Of a stretch of DNA of 64,000 bases, positions 49,662-59,301 are shown one piece after another; the stretch's first letter is position 1; each line of letters begins with the position of its first letter. Origin of the DNA: an uncultured Acidobacteriota bacterium (lineage in GTDB: Bacteria; Acidobacteriota; JAQAZP01); contig CAWIIB010000001.1 in the NCBI GenBank assembly GCA_963836075.1, forward strand, positions 640,001 to 704,000, read 5' to 3'. Under the pieces are notes generated by a model, which saw nothing but the letters and a program-made list of their open reading frames with translations, ran no database searches and was not told where the DNA came from. A program made the translations under genes and the position numbers.

Positions 49662-51317
49662 ATGGAAACCGAAAGCGTGAATGCGGTGAGCAGCCTCGGT
49701 GATGTGTGGACCGGCCTGACCCTCGCCGCCCCGGAGGTGCTGCTCACCCTGTTCCTGGTGCTGATCCTGCTGGCGGACCTGGTGCCCGGCCTGCGCCGCC
49801 AACGGATGGCGGCCTGGCTGGCGCTGATCGGGATCACCGTGGCCCTGGCCGCCACCATCCGTTTCTTCGTCATCGACTATCCCGAAACCGCGTTCTTCTC
49901 CGGGATGATGGCGCTGGATCCCCTGGCTCTCTTCTTCAAGCTGATCTCGCTCACCGCCACCGGACTGGCGGTGCTCTTCTCCATCGGCTGCAAAGCCCTG
50001 GACCGCCAGGACCGCGGCGAATACTACGCCCTGTTGCTGGCCACCGCCATCGGCATCAATCTGATGGCCGCCTCGCGCAGCCTGCTGATGGTCTACGTCT
50101 CGCTGGAAATGGTCAGCCTCGCCTCGTACGCGCTCACCGCCTACCTGCGGCGCAACCGCGAGTCGAGCGAGGCCGGCCTGAAGTACATCCTCTTCGGCGC
50201 CGTGGCCTCGGCGGTGATGATCTTCGGCATGTCCTACGTCTACGGCCTCACCGGCAGTCTTTCCTTCGAAGGGATCCGCACCGGCCTCAGCGGCATCGAC
50301 GCGGGCTCCACCCACCTTGCGGTGGGCATCTCGCTGATCATGATCCTCGCCGGCATCGGCTACAAGATCGCCGCCGTGCCGTTCCACCTCTGGTGCCCCG
50401 ACGTCTACCAGGGAGCGCCCACACCTATCGCCGCCTTCCTCTCCGTGGGGCCCAAGGCCGCCGGGTTCGCGCTGTTCATCCGTCTCTTCATCGACGCCTT
50501 TGCCTGGCCGGTGCACGGGTCCACCGGGCAGTGGATGGCCCTCACCTCGTTCAACTGGCCGATGCTGGTGGCGGTGCTCTCCGCCCTGACCATGACCCTG
50601 GGCAATCTGGCCGCCATCCCGCAGAACAACCTCAAACGGATGCTGGCCTACTCCTCCATCGCCCATGCCGGCTACATGATGATGCCGCTGGTGATTCTCA
50701 GCCGCGAGGGCGTGGAGTCGATACTCTTCTATCTCGCCGTCTACCTGCTGATGAACATGGGAGCGTTCCTGGTGGTGCTGGCCCTGGAAAACCGCTCGGG
50801 CCACCCGTCGATCACCGGTTTTCGCGGCCTGGCCTGGAAATCGCCCACCGGCGCGTTCATGGCCATCTGTATGACCGTCTTCCTCGTCTCGCTCACCGGC
50901 ATCCCGCCCATGGGCGGCTTCGCAGCCAAGTTCAAGCTCTTCGGCGCCATCATCGACTCGGAGACATTCTACTGGCTGGCGCTGCTGGGAGTGCTGAACA
51001 GCGCGGTGTCGCTCTACTACTACGCCCGGGTGGTCAAGGCGATGTTCTTCACCGGCAACCCGGTGGTGAAGGGTCACCTGGTGGAGCGCGAGGTGGCCTT
51101 TGGCGAGCGGAGCCAGCGCACCCTCTTTGCCGAGGAACTGACCCTGCGCTCCGGCGGCGCGGCGTCTGCCCCTGCCCTGCAGCGGCTGGACGACGCCCCC
51201 TTCGGCCGGCTGCACGCGGTGGTCATCGGTCTGCTGGCCGCCCTGGTGCTGCTGCTGGGCATCGCCTGGAACCCGCTGGAGCTGCTGTCCCAGTTCTCGG
51301 CCCGTTTCATCCTCTAG
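49662..51317 (+). CDS. nuoN: NADH-quinone oxidoreductase subunit N
   Basis: EAGLKY, KIAAVPFHLWCPDVYQGAP, KRMLAYSSIAHAGY, GIPPMGGF, SLYYY. Confidence 0.95.
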   Translation: METESVNAVSSLGDVWTGLTLAAPEVLLTLFLVLILLADLVPGLRRQRMAAWLALIGITVALAATIRFFVIDYPETAFFSGMMALDPLALFFKLISLTATGLAVLFSIGCKALDRQDRGEYYALLLATAIGINLMAASRSLLMVYVSLEMVSLASYALTAYLRRNRESSEAGLKYILFGAVASAVMIFGMSYVYGLTGSLSFEGIRTGLSGIDAGSTHLAVGISLIMILAGIGYKIAAVPFHLWCPDVYQGAPTPIAAFLSVGPKAAGFALFIRLFIDAFAWPVHGSTGQWMALTSFNWPMLVAVLSALTMTLGNLAAIPQNNLKRMLAYSSIAHAGYMMMPLVILSREGVESILFYLAVYLLMNMGAFLVVLALENRSGHPSITGFRGLAWKSPTGAFMAICMTVFLVSLTGIPPMGGFAAKFKLFGAIIDSETFYWLALLGVLNSAVSLYYYARVVKAMFFTGNPVVKGHLVEREVAFGERSQRTLFAEELTLRSGGAASAPALQRLDDAPFGRLHAVVIGLLAALVLLLGIAWNPLELLSQFSARFIL

Positions 51318-51492
51318 AAGCGGCTTCATCCGCTCATCCGAGGCCCGATGGCGGTATTGACGAGATCCTCTGTTTACTCGCCGTCGATGCTCGGGTAAAA
51401 TTTCAATCTGCAGACGAACAGATCACTTTTCCGGATGATCAGGCCAACACCTTTGTCCGGACGACGCCATTACACAAGAGAGGATTTCACCC

Positions 51493-52284
51493 GTGCTCAA
51501 GACTACGTCACTCTGGATCCTGGCCCTGCTGATCACCCTGGCCAGCGCGGTGTACCAGCGGCAGACCGGCCCCACCTACCCCCTGGATGGTGAGTTTGAC
51601 CTGGACGGCGCAAGGGTCGCCTACAGCCTGACCCGGACCCATGGCGGCCCGGGGGACCAGGAGGTGCTGGTCACCGCCGAAGACCCTGCGGTGACCGGCA
51701 CGGTGACCTGGCGGCGCTACACCAGCGACGAGCAGTGGACCACAGCCCCCATGGAGCGCCGGGACGACCTGCTGGTGGCGGCCCTGCCCCACCAGCCGCC
51801 CGCCGGCAAAATCGAATACCGTCTGACCCTCTCCCGGGGAGGTGAGCAGCGGGCCCTTCCCGCTGCCGGGGTGGTGGTCACCCGTTTCAAGGGCGCAGTC
51901 CCGGGCTGGGCCCTGATTCCCCACATCATCTTCATGTTCGCGGCGATGCTGGTCTCCAACTTTGCCGGTCTCGAGGCCCTGCGGCCCACGGGCAAGACCG
52001 CCAGACCGGCACTGGTCACCTTTTCCCTGCTGACCCTCGGCGGGATGATTTTCGGGCCCATCGTGCAGAAGTTCGCCTTTGGCGAGTTCTGGACCGGGGT
52101 CCCCTTCGGCTGGGATCTCACCGACAACAAGACACTGATCGCCTTTGTCTTCTGGGCCGCGGCCGTCTGGGCCGGGAGGGGTGGTCGTCAGGGCCGCTGG
52201 TGGGTCTTCACCGCGGCCGTGGTGATGCTGGCCATCTTCCTCGTGCCGCACAGCATGTTCGGCTCGGAGATCAAATACAACTGA
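51493..52284 (+). CDS. Hypothetical membrane protein
   Basis: N-terminal TM, QRQTGPTYP, LPHQPPAGK, four further TM segments with WTGVPFGWDLTDNKTL and PHS; coding-like GC3. Confidence 0.75.
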   Translation: MLKTTSLWILALLITLASAVYQRQTGPTYPLDGEFDLDGARVAYSLTRTHGGPGDQEVLVTAEDPAVTGTVTWRRYTSDEQWTTAPMERRDDLLVAALPHQPPAGKIEYRLTLSRGGEQRALPAAGVVVTRFKGAVPGWALIPHIIFMFAAMLVSNFAGLEALRPTGKTARPALVTFSLLTLGGMIFGPIVQKFAFGEFWTGVPFGWDLTDNKTLIAFVFWAAAVWAGRGGRQGRWWVFTAAVVMLAIFLVPHSMFGSEIKYN

Positions 52285-52362
52285 CGTTAAAATGGGGACC
52301 TGTTCCTATCGCTGACCCCCCGTGTCCCCCACGGGTCGGGGGCTCGTGATGACAGGTGCTGG

Positions 52363-54501
52363 CTACCCGTCGATATAGCCCAGCGACTGCAGCTGGTTAC
52401 GCAGGTCCGCGTCGCCGTCAGCACCGCCGTCGGTCTGGCCGATGATCGGCTTCTTCACCTCACCGTTGCCGTAACTGTCCACCCAGCTCAACGTCTCGGG
52501 GGTGATGGTGCCGGCGTCGAAGAGGTCGTAGAGCACCTTGCCGTCCATGTCATGGGCCAGGGGCAGGCCGGCCAGGGCCAGCAGGGTCGGGGTCACATCC
52601 ACCACACTGCTCATCCCCCTCTCCAGCCGCACGCCGCGGCGGATTCCGGGCCCCCGGGCCATGATGATCCCCTCGGGGTGGTGGACACCGGAACTGAACT
52701 TGCGCCAGATCAGGTCCCCCATGGTGCACTGGCCGCCCTCGTAGCGCACCACCGTGTCCTTCTCGTTGATCCGCCCGGCGAGAAAGTGATCCTTGAGCCC
52801 CATGTTCAGCGAGATCCGCACGTAGTCGGCCTTGGAGCCCGGATTGTCGATCAGCTCGGGCTTGAAGAGCGCCATGTCCACGTCGGGCACCCAGAAGGTG
52901 GCCAGCGCGTTCTTGGCCTGGTTGAGGATCTGGTTCGCCCGGTCCTCGTCATCGGTCTGGGCGGTCATGAAGAGCTGGGACATGGTGTGGAAACCCTCCA
53001 GATCGTCGATGCCCAGACAGCCCAGCAGGGCGTCGGCCTTGATGCTCACCAGCAGGCCGCTGTGCTCGGGGCCGTCCACCAGCGACTGGAAGCCGTGATC
53101 GGAGATGATCATCACCCGGGTCTCCGGGCCGAGCCGGCCCAGCAGGTGGCCCAGCGATTTGTCCATTTCGCGGTAGGCGCCGTCGATCACTTTGCCGAAC
53201 TGCTTCACTTCCTCGTCGGTCACCTCATCGAAGCCGTGGGAGTCGTGATACTGCCAGTAGACATGGGAGATGGGATCGATGGTCTGGTGATAGTAAAAAG
53301 CGTACTTCGGTTTCTCGGTGGCCAACAGGTATTCGAAGATGTCCGCGTCCATGGCCAGGGCCATGAGGTATTTGCGGTAGTGGATCTCCGGCCGGCTGGG
53401 CTTGAACAGGCCGTTGTAGACATAGAGCGTCGCCAGGTTGGTCACCGAGGAGAGCTTCACCCCGTGTTTCACCGCCTTGAGCACGGCGATGCCCAGTTCT
53501 ATTCGCGAGGCCGATTCAGCGCCGGACTTGCCGGCGGTCTTGATCTCCTTGATGAAGGAGAGCGACGTGGGGTAGGTCAGCGAGTTGCGGGCCAGCCAGC
53601 CGGGCACCAGAAAGCCGTTGAGTTTCACCGGCGGCCAGGTGCAGAGCCACTCGTAGAGGCCGGTCTTGCCCCCCTGCTCCTCGAGGATCTCCCAGACCGT
53701 CTTGGCCTTGATGTCGAGGTACGAGGCGTTGAGGAAGTCGCGGACCCCGTGTTTGTCGGGCATCTTGCCGGTGGCGATGCTGGTCCAGATCATCGGCGAG
53801 AAGATCGGCGTCAGCGAGGTCAGCTCCCCGTAGCAGCCCTGGTCCATGATCGAGGCAAAGGTGGGCAGTTCGCCCCGGGACACCATGTCATCCATGATCA
53901 CCGGGCTGGCCCCGTCCAGGCCGATGATGATCATTTCCAACCCGCCGTCGGCCAGGCTCTGCGGCGGGGCGCGGAAGAGGGCCGACACCGGCCAGAAAGC
54001 GGCCAGCACCAGCAGGGCCACCAGGGCGATGTTGCGCGAGGCGCGGAGCATCCCCCGGCTGGCGCCGGCAGCCCGGTTGCGGAAGACCACGTACCAGGCG
54101 CAGAACAGGCCGGCGGCCAGCAGGATGCCGGCCACCAGCAGGAAGGAGACGAAGGCGCTGCCAAAGAGGCCCAGCCCCAGCCCCAGCAGTATGCCGGGCA
54201 GCACGAAGGAGGCGACGATGATCATTGCCAGGCCCAGGGACGGCACGGCCGCCAGGGCGTTCTCTCTGCCGGAGGGAAGCAGCAGGGCCAGCAGACCGGT
54301 GAAAATACCGGCCAGCAGACCGGCGGCCGCGGGAAGCAGCACCAGCCAGAAGAGGAAACCGCCAAAGGAATCGATAAAAACGGGATTGAATATGAGAAAG
54401 ACCACCGCGGTGAACAGCCCGGCAAAAACACCCCACAGCGCGCCGCACGCGGCAAGCAGGGGGATGGCACCCATATCTCCGCTGACCCTGGATTGACTCA
54501 T
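52363..54501 (-). CDS. Membrane-anchored alkaline-phosphatase-superfamily (type I phosphodiesterase-like) protein
   Basis: ~5 N-terminal TM helices; IIGLDGA, SPMIWTSIATG, IISDHGF, SGVH, DVTPTLL..MDGKVL, LQSLGYI. Confidence 0.85.
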   Translation of the reverse strand: MSQSRVSGDMGAIPLLAACGALWGVFAGLFTAVVFLIFNPVFIDSFGGFLFWLVLLPAAAGLLAGIFTGLLALLLPSGRENALAAVPSLGLAMIIVASFVLPGILLGLGLGLFGSAFVSFLLVAGILLAAGLFCAWYVVFRNRAAGASRGMLRASRNIALVALLVLAAFWPVSALFRAPPQSLADGGLEMIIIGLDGASPVIMDDMVSRGELPTFASIMDQGCYGELTSLTPIFSPMIWTSIATGKMPDKHGVRDFLNASYLDIKAKTVWEILEEQGGKTGLYEWLCTWPPVKLNGFLVPGWLARNSLTYPTSLSFIKEIKTAGKSGAESASRIELGIAVLKAVKHGVKLSSVTNLATLYVYNGLFKPSRPEIHYRKYLMALAMDADIFEYLLATEKPKYAFYYHQTIDPISHVYWQYHDSHGFDEVTDEEVKQFGKVIDGAYREMDKSLGHLLGRLGPETRVMIISDHGFQSLVDGPEHSGLLVSIKADALLGCLGIDDLEGFHTMSQLFMTAQTDDEDRANQILNQAKNALATFWVPDVDMALFKPELIDNPGSKADYVRISLNMGLKDHFLAGRINEKDTVVRYEGGQCTMGDLIWRKFSSGVHHPEGIIMARGPGIRRGVRLERGMSSVVDVTPTLLALAGLPLAHDMDGKVLYDLFDAGTITPETLSWVDSYGNGEVKKPIIGQTDGGADGDADLRNQLQSLGYIDG

Positions 54502-54715
54502 CGCACCTATTTTCCTTTCATCGGAGAGACCGCTCGACTCGGAGGAGGGACGCTGGGCTGTCCGAACGCAAAATGACAACGACAACAACAAACTGAGCTA
54601 AAAATTATATCACAACGGCCCCTCCCGGAACCCTAAAACTGCTTCGGACAGAACAGTTCTCCACTTGAGCGGCCCGCTTGTCCGGCGCCTTCGGCGTTTC
54701 TATAATAGCCGCACC

Positions 54716-57113
54716 ATGAATCATCCCCCCATACAGCGACCGCCGGCCACCGCCTGGTTCGCTCTGGGTTTCCTGGCCACCATCTGCCAGGTGCTCCTGC
54801 TCCGCGATTTTCTCGTGGTCTGCGCCGGCAGCGAACTGGGTATTGCACTACTGCTGTTCACCTGGCTCGCCGGCATCGCCGCCGGGGCCGTGATCAGCCG
54901 GCCCCTGCTGCACCGGGCCCGTGCACCCTCGGACCTGCTGCCCCTGGTGCTCATCGCCCTGGCGCTCTCCTGCCCCGTTGGACTGGTGGTGATGCGGCTG
55001 ACCGTCCTGCTGAGCACCACACCGGCCGGCGCCCTGGCCCCGCTGGGATATCTGGCCGCCGTGGCCCTGGCCGCAGTCCTGCCCCCGGCGCTGCTGGTGG
55101 GCCTCTCCTTCCCCCTGGCCTGCGCAGTGGAATCCCGGTTCATCGGGGACGGCCAGGGGGCTGCCTCCATCGGCCGGGTCTACGCGCTGGAAGCCGCCGG
55201 GAGCTTCTGTGCCGGCATGGTTCACACCTGGCTGCTGGTGTCGCTGCTCCCGGCGCTGCAGACAGCGCTGCTCGCCGCTGCCCTGCTCTGCCTCACGGTC
55301 ACCTGGTTCCGGCATCCCCGGGGCCGCACCGGCCGATGGATCGCCCTCCCCGCCGGCCTGCTGCTGCTGGTCTGCGGGCTCACCCCGTCACTGGGCGGCC
55401 GCCTGGACCAGTTGACCCTGGAAATGCGCTGGGCCGAGGTCCACCCCGGCATCGAACTGCTGGAGACGGAGGAGACGCCGTATCAGCGGCTGGCCGCCGG
55501 CCGGCTGGGTGACCAGACCGTCTTCACGGCCAACGGCTCGGTGCTGGCCTCCTACCCCGACCGGTGACGGCGCCACACTCTGGGGCCACTTCATCCTCTC
55601 CGCCCACCCCGCCCCCCGGCAGGTGCTGCTGGTGGGCGGCCTGGAGTCCGGTCTGCTGGCCGCCATGCTCCGGCACCCCGGGGTGGAGGAGATCCGCTGC
55701 CTGGTCCAGGACCCCGAACTGCCGGCCCTCTATGGCCGCTATGTGGAGGAAGGGGACCGCCAGGCCCTGGCCGATCCCCGTTTCACCCTGACCACCGGAG
55801 ACGGGCGCCGCTGGATCAACATGGCGGCGGCAGAACCGGAAACCCGGGGCAGCCTGGATTTGATCGTGATCCTGCTGCCCGACCCCACCACGGCGATGAT
55901 CAACCGCTACTACAGCCGGGAGTTTCATGCCCGGTGCCGGCGTCTGCTGCGCCCCGGAGGGGTCCTGCTCTGCCGGGTCACCGCCTCGGCCAACTATCTG
56001 GAGGACGAGGCCGGGGCACTGGCCCGTTCGGTCTACGCCACCCTGATCAGCGAGTTCCCGGAGGTGCGGGCCGCCGGCGGCGACCGGGTGATCTTCGCCG
56101 CGATAAACGGCGAACCCGGCCCCGGGTTTTTCAGGGTGGACCGCATGTTGCGGAACTATGAGGCCAGCGGCGCCGACGACCCGGGCTTCTCCCCCATGGC
56201 CTTTCACTCTCTGGTGGAGGACCAGCGGTCCCGTTTCCTGGAGCAGGAACTGGCGCTGGTTCCCGCCGAAGGGCCGGCCATGGTCAACAGCGACTGGCGC
56301 CCCCTGGCCCAGGGCCACACCCTGCGCCTCTGGAGCCGCTTCTCCGGGAACAGGCTCGACGCCTGGTTCCGCTGCCTGCTCCTCAGGCCGCTGCCGCTCT
56401 GGCCCACCGTTGCGGTCCTCCTCCTGCCGGCGCTCTGGGCCCTGGCCCCGTTGATCTCGCGCCGCCGCGGCCCTGGCAGGGTCCACCGCACATCGGTGCT
56501 GCTGGCGGTGGCCGCCGCCGGCTTTGCCGGGCTGGCCCTGGAACTGCTCTGTATCCACGTCTACCAGGGGGCCTTCGGCAACCTCTACCGCATGATCGGC
56601 AGCGTGGTAGCCCTGTTCATGCTCGGCCTGGCCCTGGGCGGGGCCACTGCGGTCCCGCTGGGCCTTCGGCTCTCCAGCAGCCCGGTTAGCAGCCTTCGCC
56701 GGGTTCTGATCGTTGGTCTGACCGGCCAGGCACTGATCGCCCTGGCAGCTCCGGCGGCGCTGGGCCTGGCCGGCGGCGGCCGATGGCTGCTCAGCGCCAG
56801 CGGCGTCCCGGAGGCCCTTGTTCTGCTGCTGGTCTGTTCGGCCGGCTGGTTCACCGGCCTGGCCCTGCCGGCGGCCGGGGGATTGCTCATCGGCCGCACC
56901 GGGCAACCCACCGGCGGCGCCTCGGCCCTGGTCAACAGTGCCGATCATCTGGGCGCCGCCGCGGCGGCCGCCCTGGTGGGTCTGATGGCCGTGCCGCGGC
57001 TGGGTGTGGCGGCCAGTTCCGGACTGCTGGCCCTGCTGACCTGCTGCTGTGCGCTGCGGCTGGCTCTGGAGGGGTGGTCGGCCGGGCGTTCCGGCCGTGA
57101 GACGCCGCGCTAG
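54716..57113 (+). CDS. Membrane protein fused to a spermidine-synthase-like SAM-binding domain; apparent frameshift near 55560
   Basis: TM block (QVLLLRDF, GRVYALEAAGS), ETPYQRL, HPAPRQVLLVGG, GDGRRWI, LPDPTTAMINRYYSREF..LRPGG, then a second TM block. Confidence 0.8.
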
Positions 57114-57122
57114 CGTCCCGGA

Positions 57123-58271
57123 TCAGGACCAGACCCCGGGCAGCGGCCGCCCGCATCCGGCGCAGTTCCCTTGCTCCAGCAGCTTCTCCAGGATCCTGAA
57201 GCCCACCCGCTGGATGACCCGCTTGCCGCAGCCGGGACAATACGTCGACTCGGCGGGGTGGCCGGGGACATTGCCCACATAGGGGAAGTGCAGACCGCTC
57301 CCCAGGGCCGCGGCATGGGCCATCTCCAATGTGCTCACCGGGGTGGAGGGGAGGTTCTGCACCTTGTACATCGGGTGGAAGCGGGTGAAGTGCACCGGCA
57401 CGTCGGGGCCCAGATTGGCGGCGATCCAGCGGCACATCCGCTGCAGCTCGTCACGGCTGTCGTTCTCCGTGGGCAGGATCAGCACCACGATCTCGAACCA
57501 GATGCCGCAGCGGTGAAGCACCTTCAGCGTTTCCAGCACCGGCTCCAGCTGGCCGCTGCACATCTCGCGGTAGAACCGGTCGCTGAACGCCTTGAGGTCG
57601 ATCTTCACCGCGGAGAGCGAGCCCACCAGCTTCTCCAGCGGCTCACGGTTGATGTAGCCGTTGGAGATCATCACGCTGCCCAGACCCTCCCGCCGGGCGC
57701 GGATGGCCGTGTCGAGCATGTACTCGTAAAAAACCACCGGCTCTGAATAGGTGAAGGCGATGGAGCTGCTGTTTTCCCGGGCGGCCAGCCGCACCAGGTC
57801 CGCGGGGCCGGCCGTCTGGCTCTCTACCTGCTCCGGCCGGAACTGGGCCATCCTCCAGTTCTGGCAGAAACGGCACTCCATGTTGCAGCCCGCCGTGCCC
57901 AGGGACAGGGCGCTGCTGCCGGGCAGGTAGTGGAAGAGCGGTTTCTTCTCCACGGGATCGTTGTGCAGCGCGCAGGGCCGGGAGTGTACCAGGGTGACAT
58001 ACTCACCGCCGCGGTTCTCCCGTACCCCGCAGTAGCCCCGCTCCAGATCGGCCACCCGGCAGGCCCGGGGACAGAGGGTGCACTCCACCCGGGACTGGTC
58101 CAGCTTCTTGAAAAACTGCGCCGGCGCCACCCCGAGACGCGGGTCCTCGCTGCCCGCACCCTTCCCGCCCGTGCCCGCCGCGGCCAGTGCCGGACCGGCG
58201 CAGGCCAGGCAGGCCGTGCCCAGCATCGATTCCAGCAGCAGCCGGCGCTGTTCCAGCATCTTTCCGGCCAT
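57123..58271 (-). CDS. amrS: AmmeMemoRadiSAM system radical SAM enzyme
   Basis: CTLCPRAC..GYCGVREN, DPVEKKPLFH, GCNMECRFCQNW (CxxxCxxC), FTYSEP, HFTRFHP, YVGNV, TYCPGCG. Confidence 0.93.
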   Translation of the reverse strand: MAGKMLEQRRLLLESMLGTACLACAGPALAAAGTGGKGAGSEDPRLGVAPAQFFKKLDQSRVECTLCPRACRVADLERGYCGVRENRGGEYVTLVHSRPCALHNDPVEKKPLFHYLPGSSALSLGTAGCNMECRFCQNWRMAQFRPEQVESQTAGPADLVRLAARENSSSIAFTYSEPVVFYEYMLDTAIRARREGLGSVMISNGYINREPLEKLVGSLSAVKIDLKAFSDRFYREMCSGQLEPVLETLKVLHRCGIWFEIVVLILPTENDSRDELQRMCRWIAANLGPDVPVHFTRFHPMYKVQNLPSTPVSTLEMAHAAALGSGLHFPYVGNVPGHPAESTYCPGCGKRVIQRVGFRILEKLLEQGNCAGCGRPLPGVWS

Positions 58272-58274
58272 CGG

Positions 58275-59301
58275 TCACCCCACCTCCCGGATCCGGATCT
58301 TTCGCCGGTCCGCCTCACCCAGCCCCAAACGCCCAGCCCTGCCGATCCAGGCCGGCAGCCGCTCCTCCTCGCCCAGCGAGGGGAGGCCCAGCAGGTACAC
58401 GGCGCTCCTCGATCAGCCCGGCCCCCACCCGGTCCACGGCCACCGGGTCCAGACCGGCCAGCAGACCGCCGAAATTCCAGGCCCAGCCGGCCTGATAGGC
58501 CGGTCCGCCATGGCACTGGGCCGTGGTGCCGTCACAGACGGTGAGCCGCAGCTTCCGCCGGATCAGGGGGTGGGCCGCCAGGTCGGCCACGTAGGGGTCA
58601 CAGGCATTGTCATGGTATTTGTTCGGGTTGTGGATCACGCCGTAGAGGTTCTTCAGGCCCACCGATACCCCGGCCAGATCGTGATCCTTGAGCACACCCA
58701 CGTTGATCAACAGGTCGCACTGCTCGGTGAGGATGCGGCTGAAGCAGGACCCCACGCTGCCGCTGCTGCGGATCCGGCTTTCGTACCCCGCCGCCCGGCT
58801 GTCGGTGCCGTAGACCCGCGGTTCGCTGCCCCCGGTGTTGATGGCAAACCCGCAGCGCAACAGCTCGCGGTCGCTTCTCTCCCAGACGACGATGCGCTCG
58901 GGCGGCACTCCGGCCAGGCCCAGGCCAGCGATCAGGGCCTGCACCAGCTCCCGCCGCGGCGCAAGACGCGGGCCGGCCAGGCAGTTGAGCTTGATCCCCA
59001 CGCTCCTGTCCCGGGGGAAGAGCGCCGACCAGGCCTCGACGGTTCCGGCGGCCCCGGTGAGGGCAACCACCATTTCGCCAAGCCACCGCTGGAGCAGCGC
59101 CCGGTCCAGCGCACCGCCCGGCTCCTTGCCCACCCCTTCTCCCCGGGCCAGCAGCACCTCCCCCCGGCCCGCCACTGTGGCACTGTCCGGGTGGCCGGCC
59201 AGGGACGCGGCCGCCGGACAGCAGCCGTGGACCAGCGCACCGCCGGCCGCCAGGGCGGCAGCCCCCACGAAGCGGCGCCGCGACAGGTCAGCGATTCCCA
59301 T
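58275..59301 (-). CDS. DUF362 domain protein with Tat signal; apparent frameshift near 58395
   Basis: SRRRFVG signal, VGIKLN, LKDH..GVSVGLKNLYG, DPVAVD; C-terminus continues in another frame (GLGEADRRKIRIREVG*). Confidence 0.82.

Noticed and set aside
55555-55570. TGA ending ORF 54665..55567 as a second selenocysteine codon
   Set aside because: The protein continues in a different frame and there is no Cys-type motif; this is an indel.
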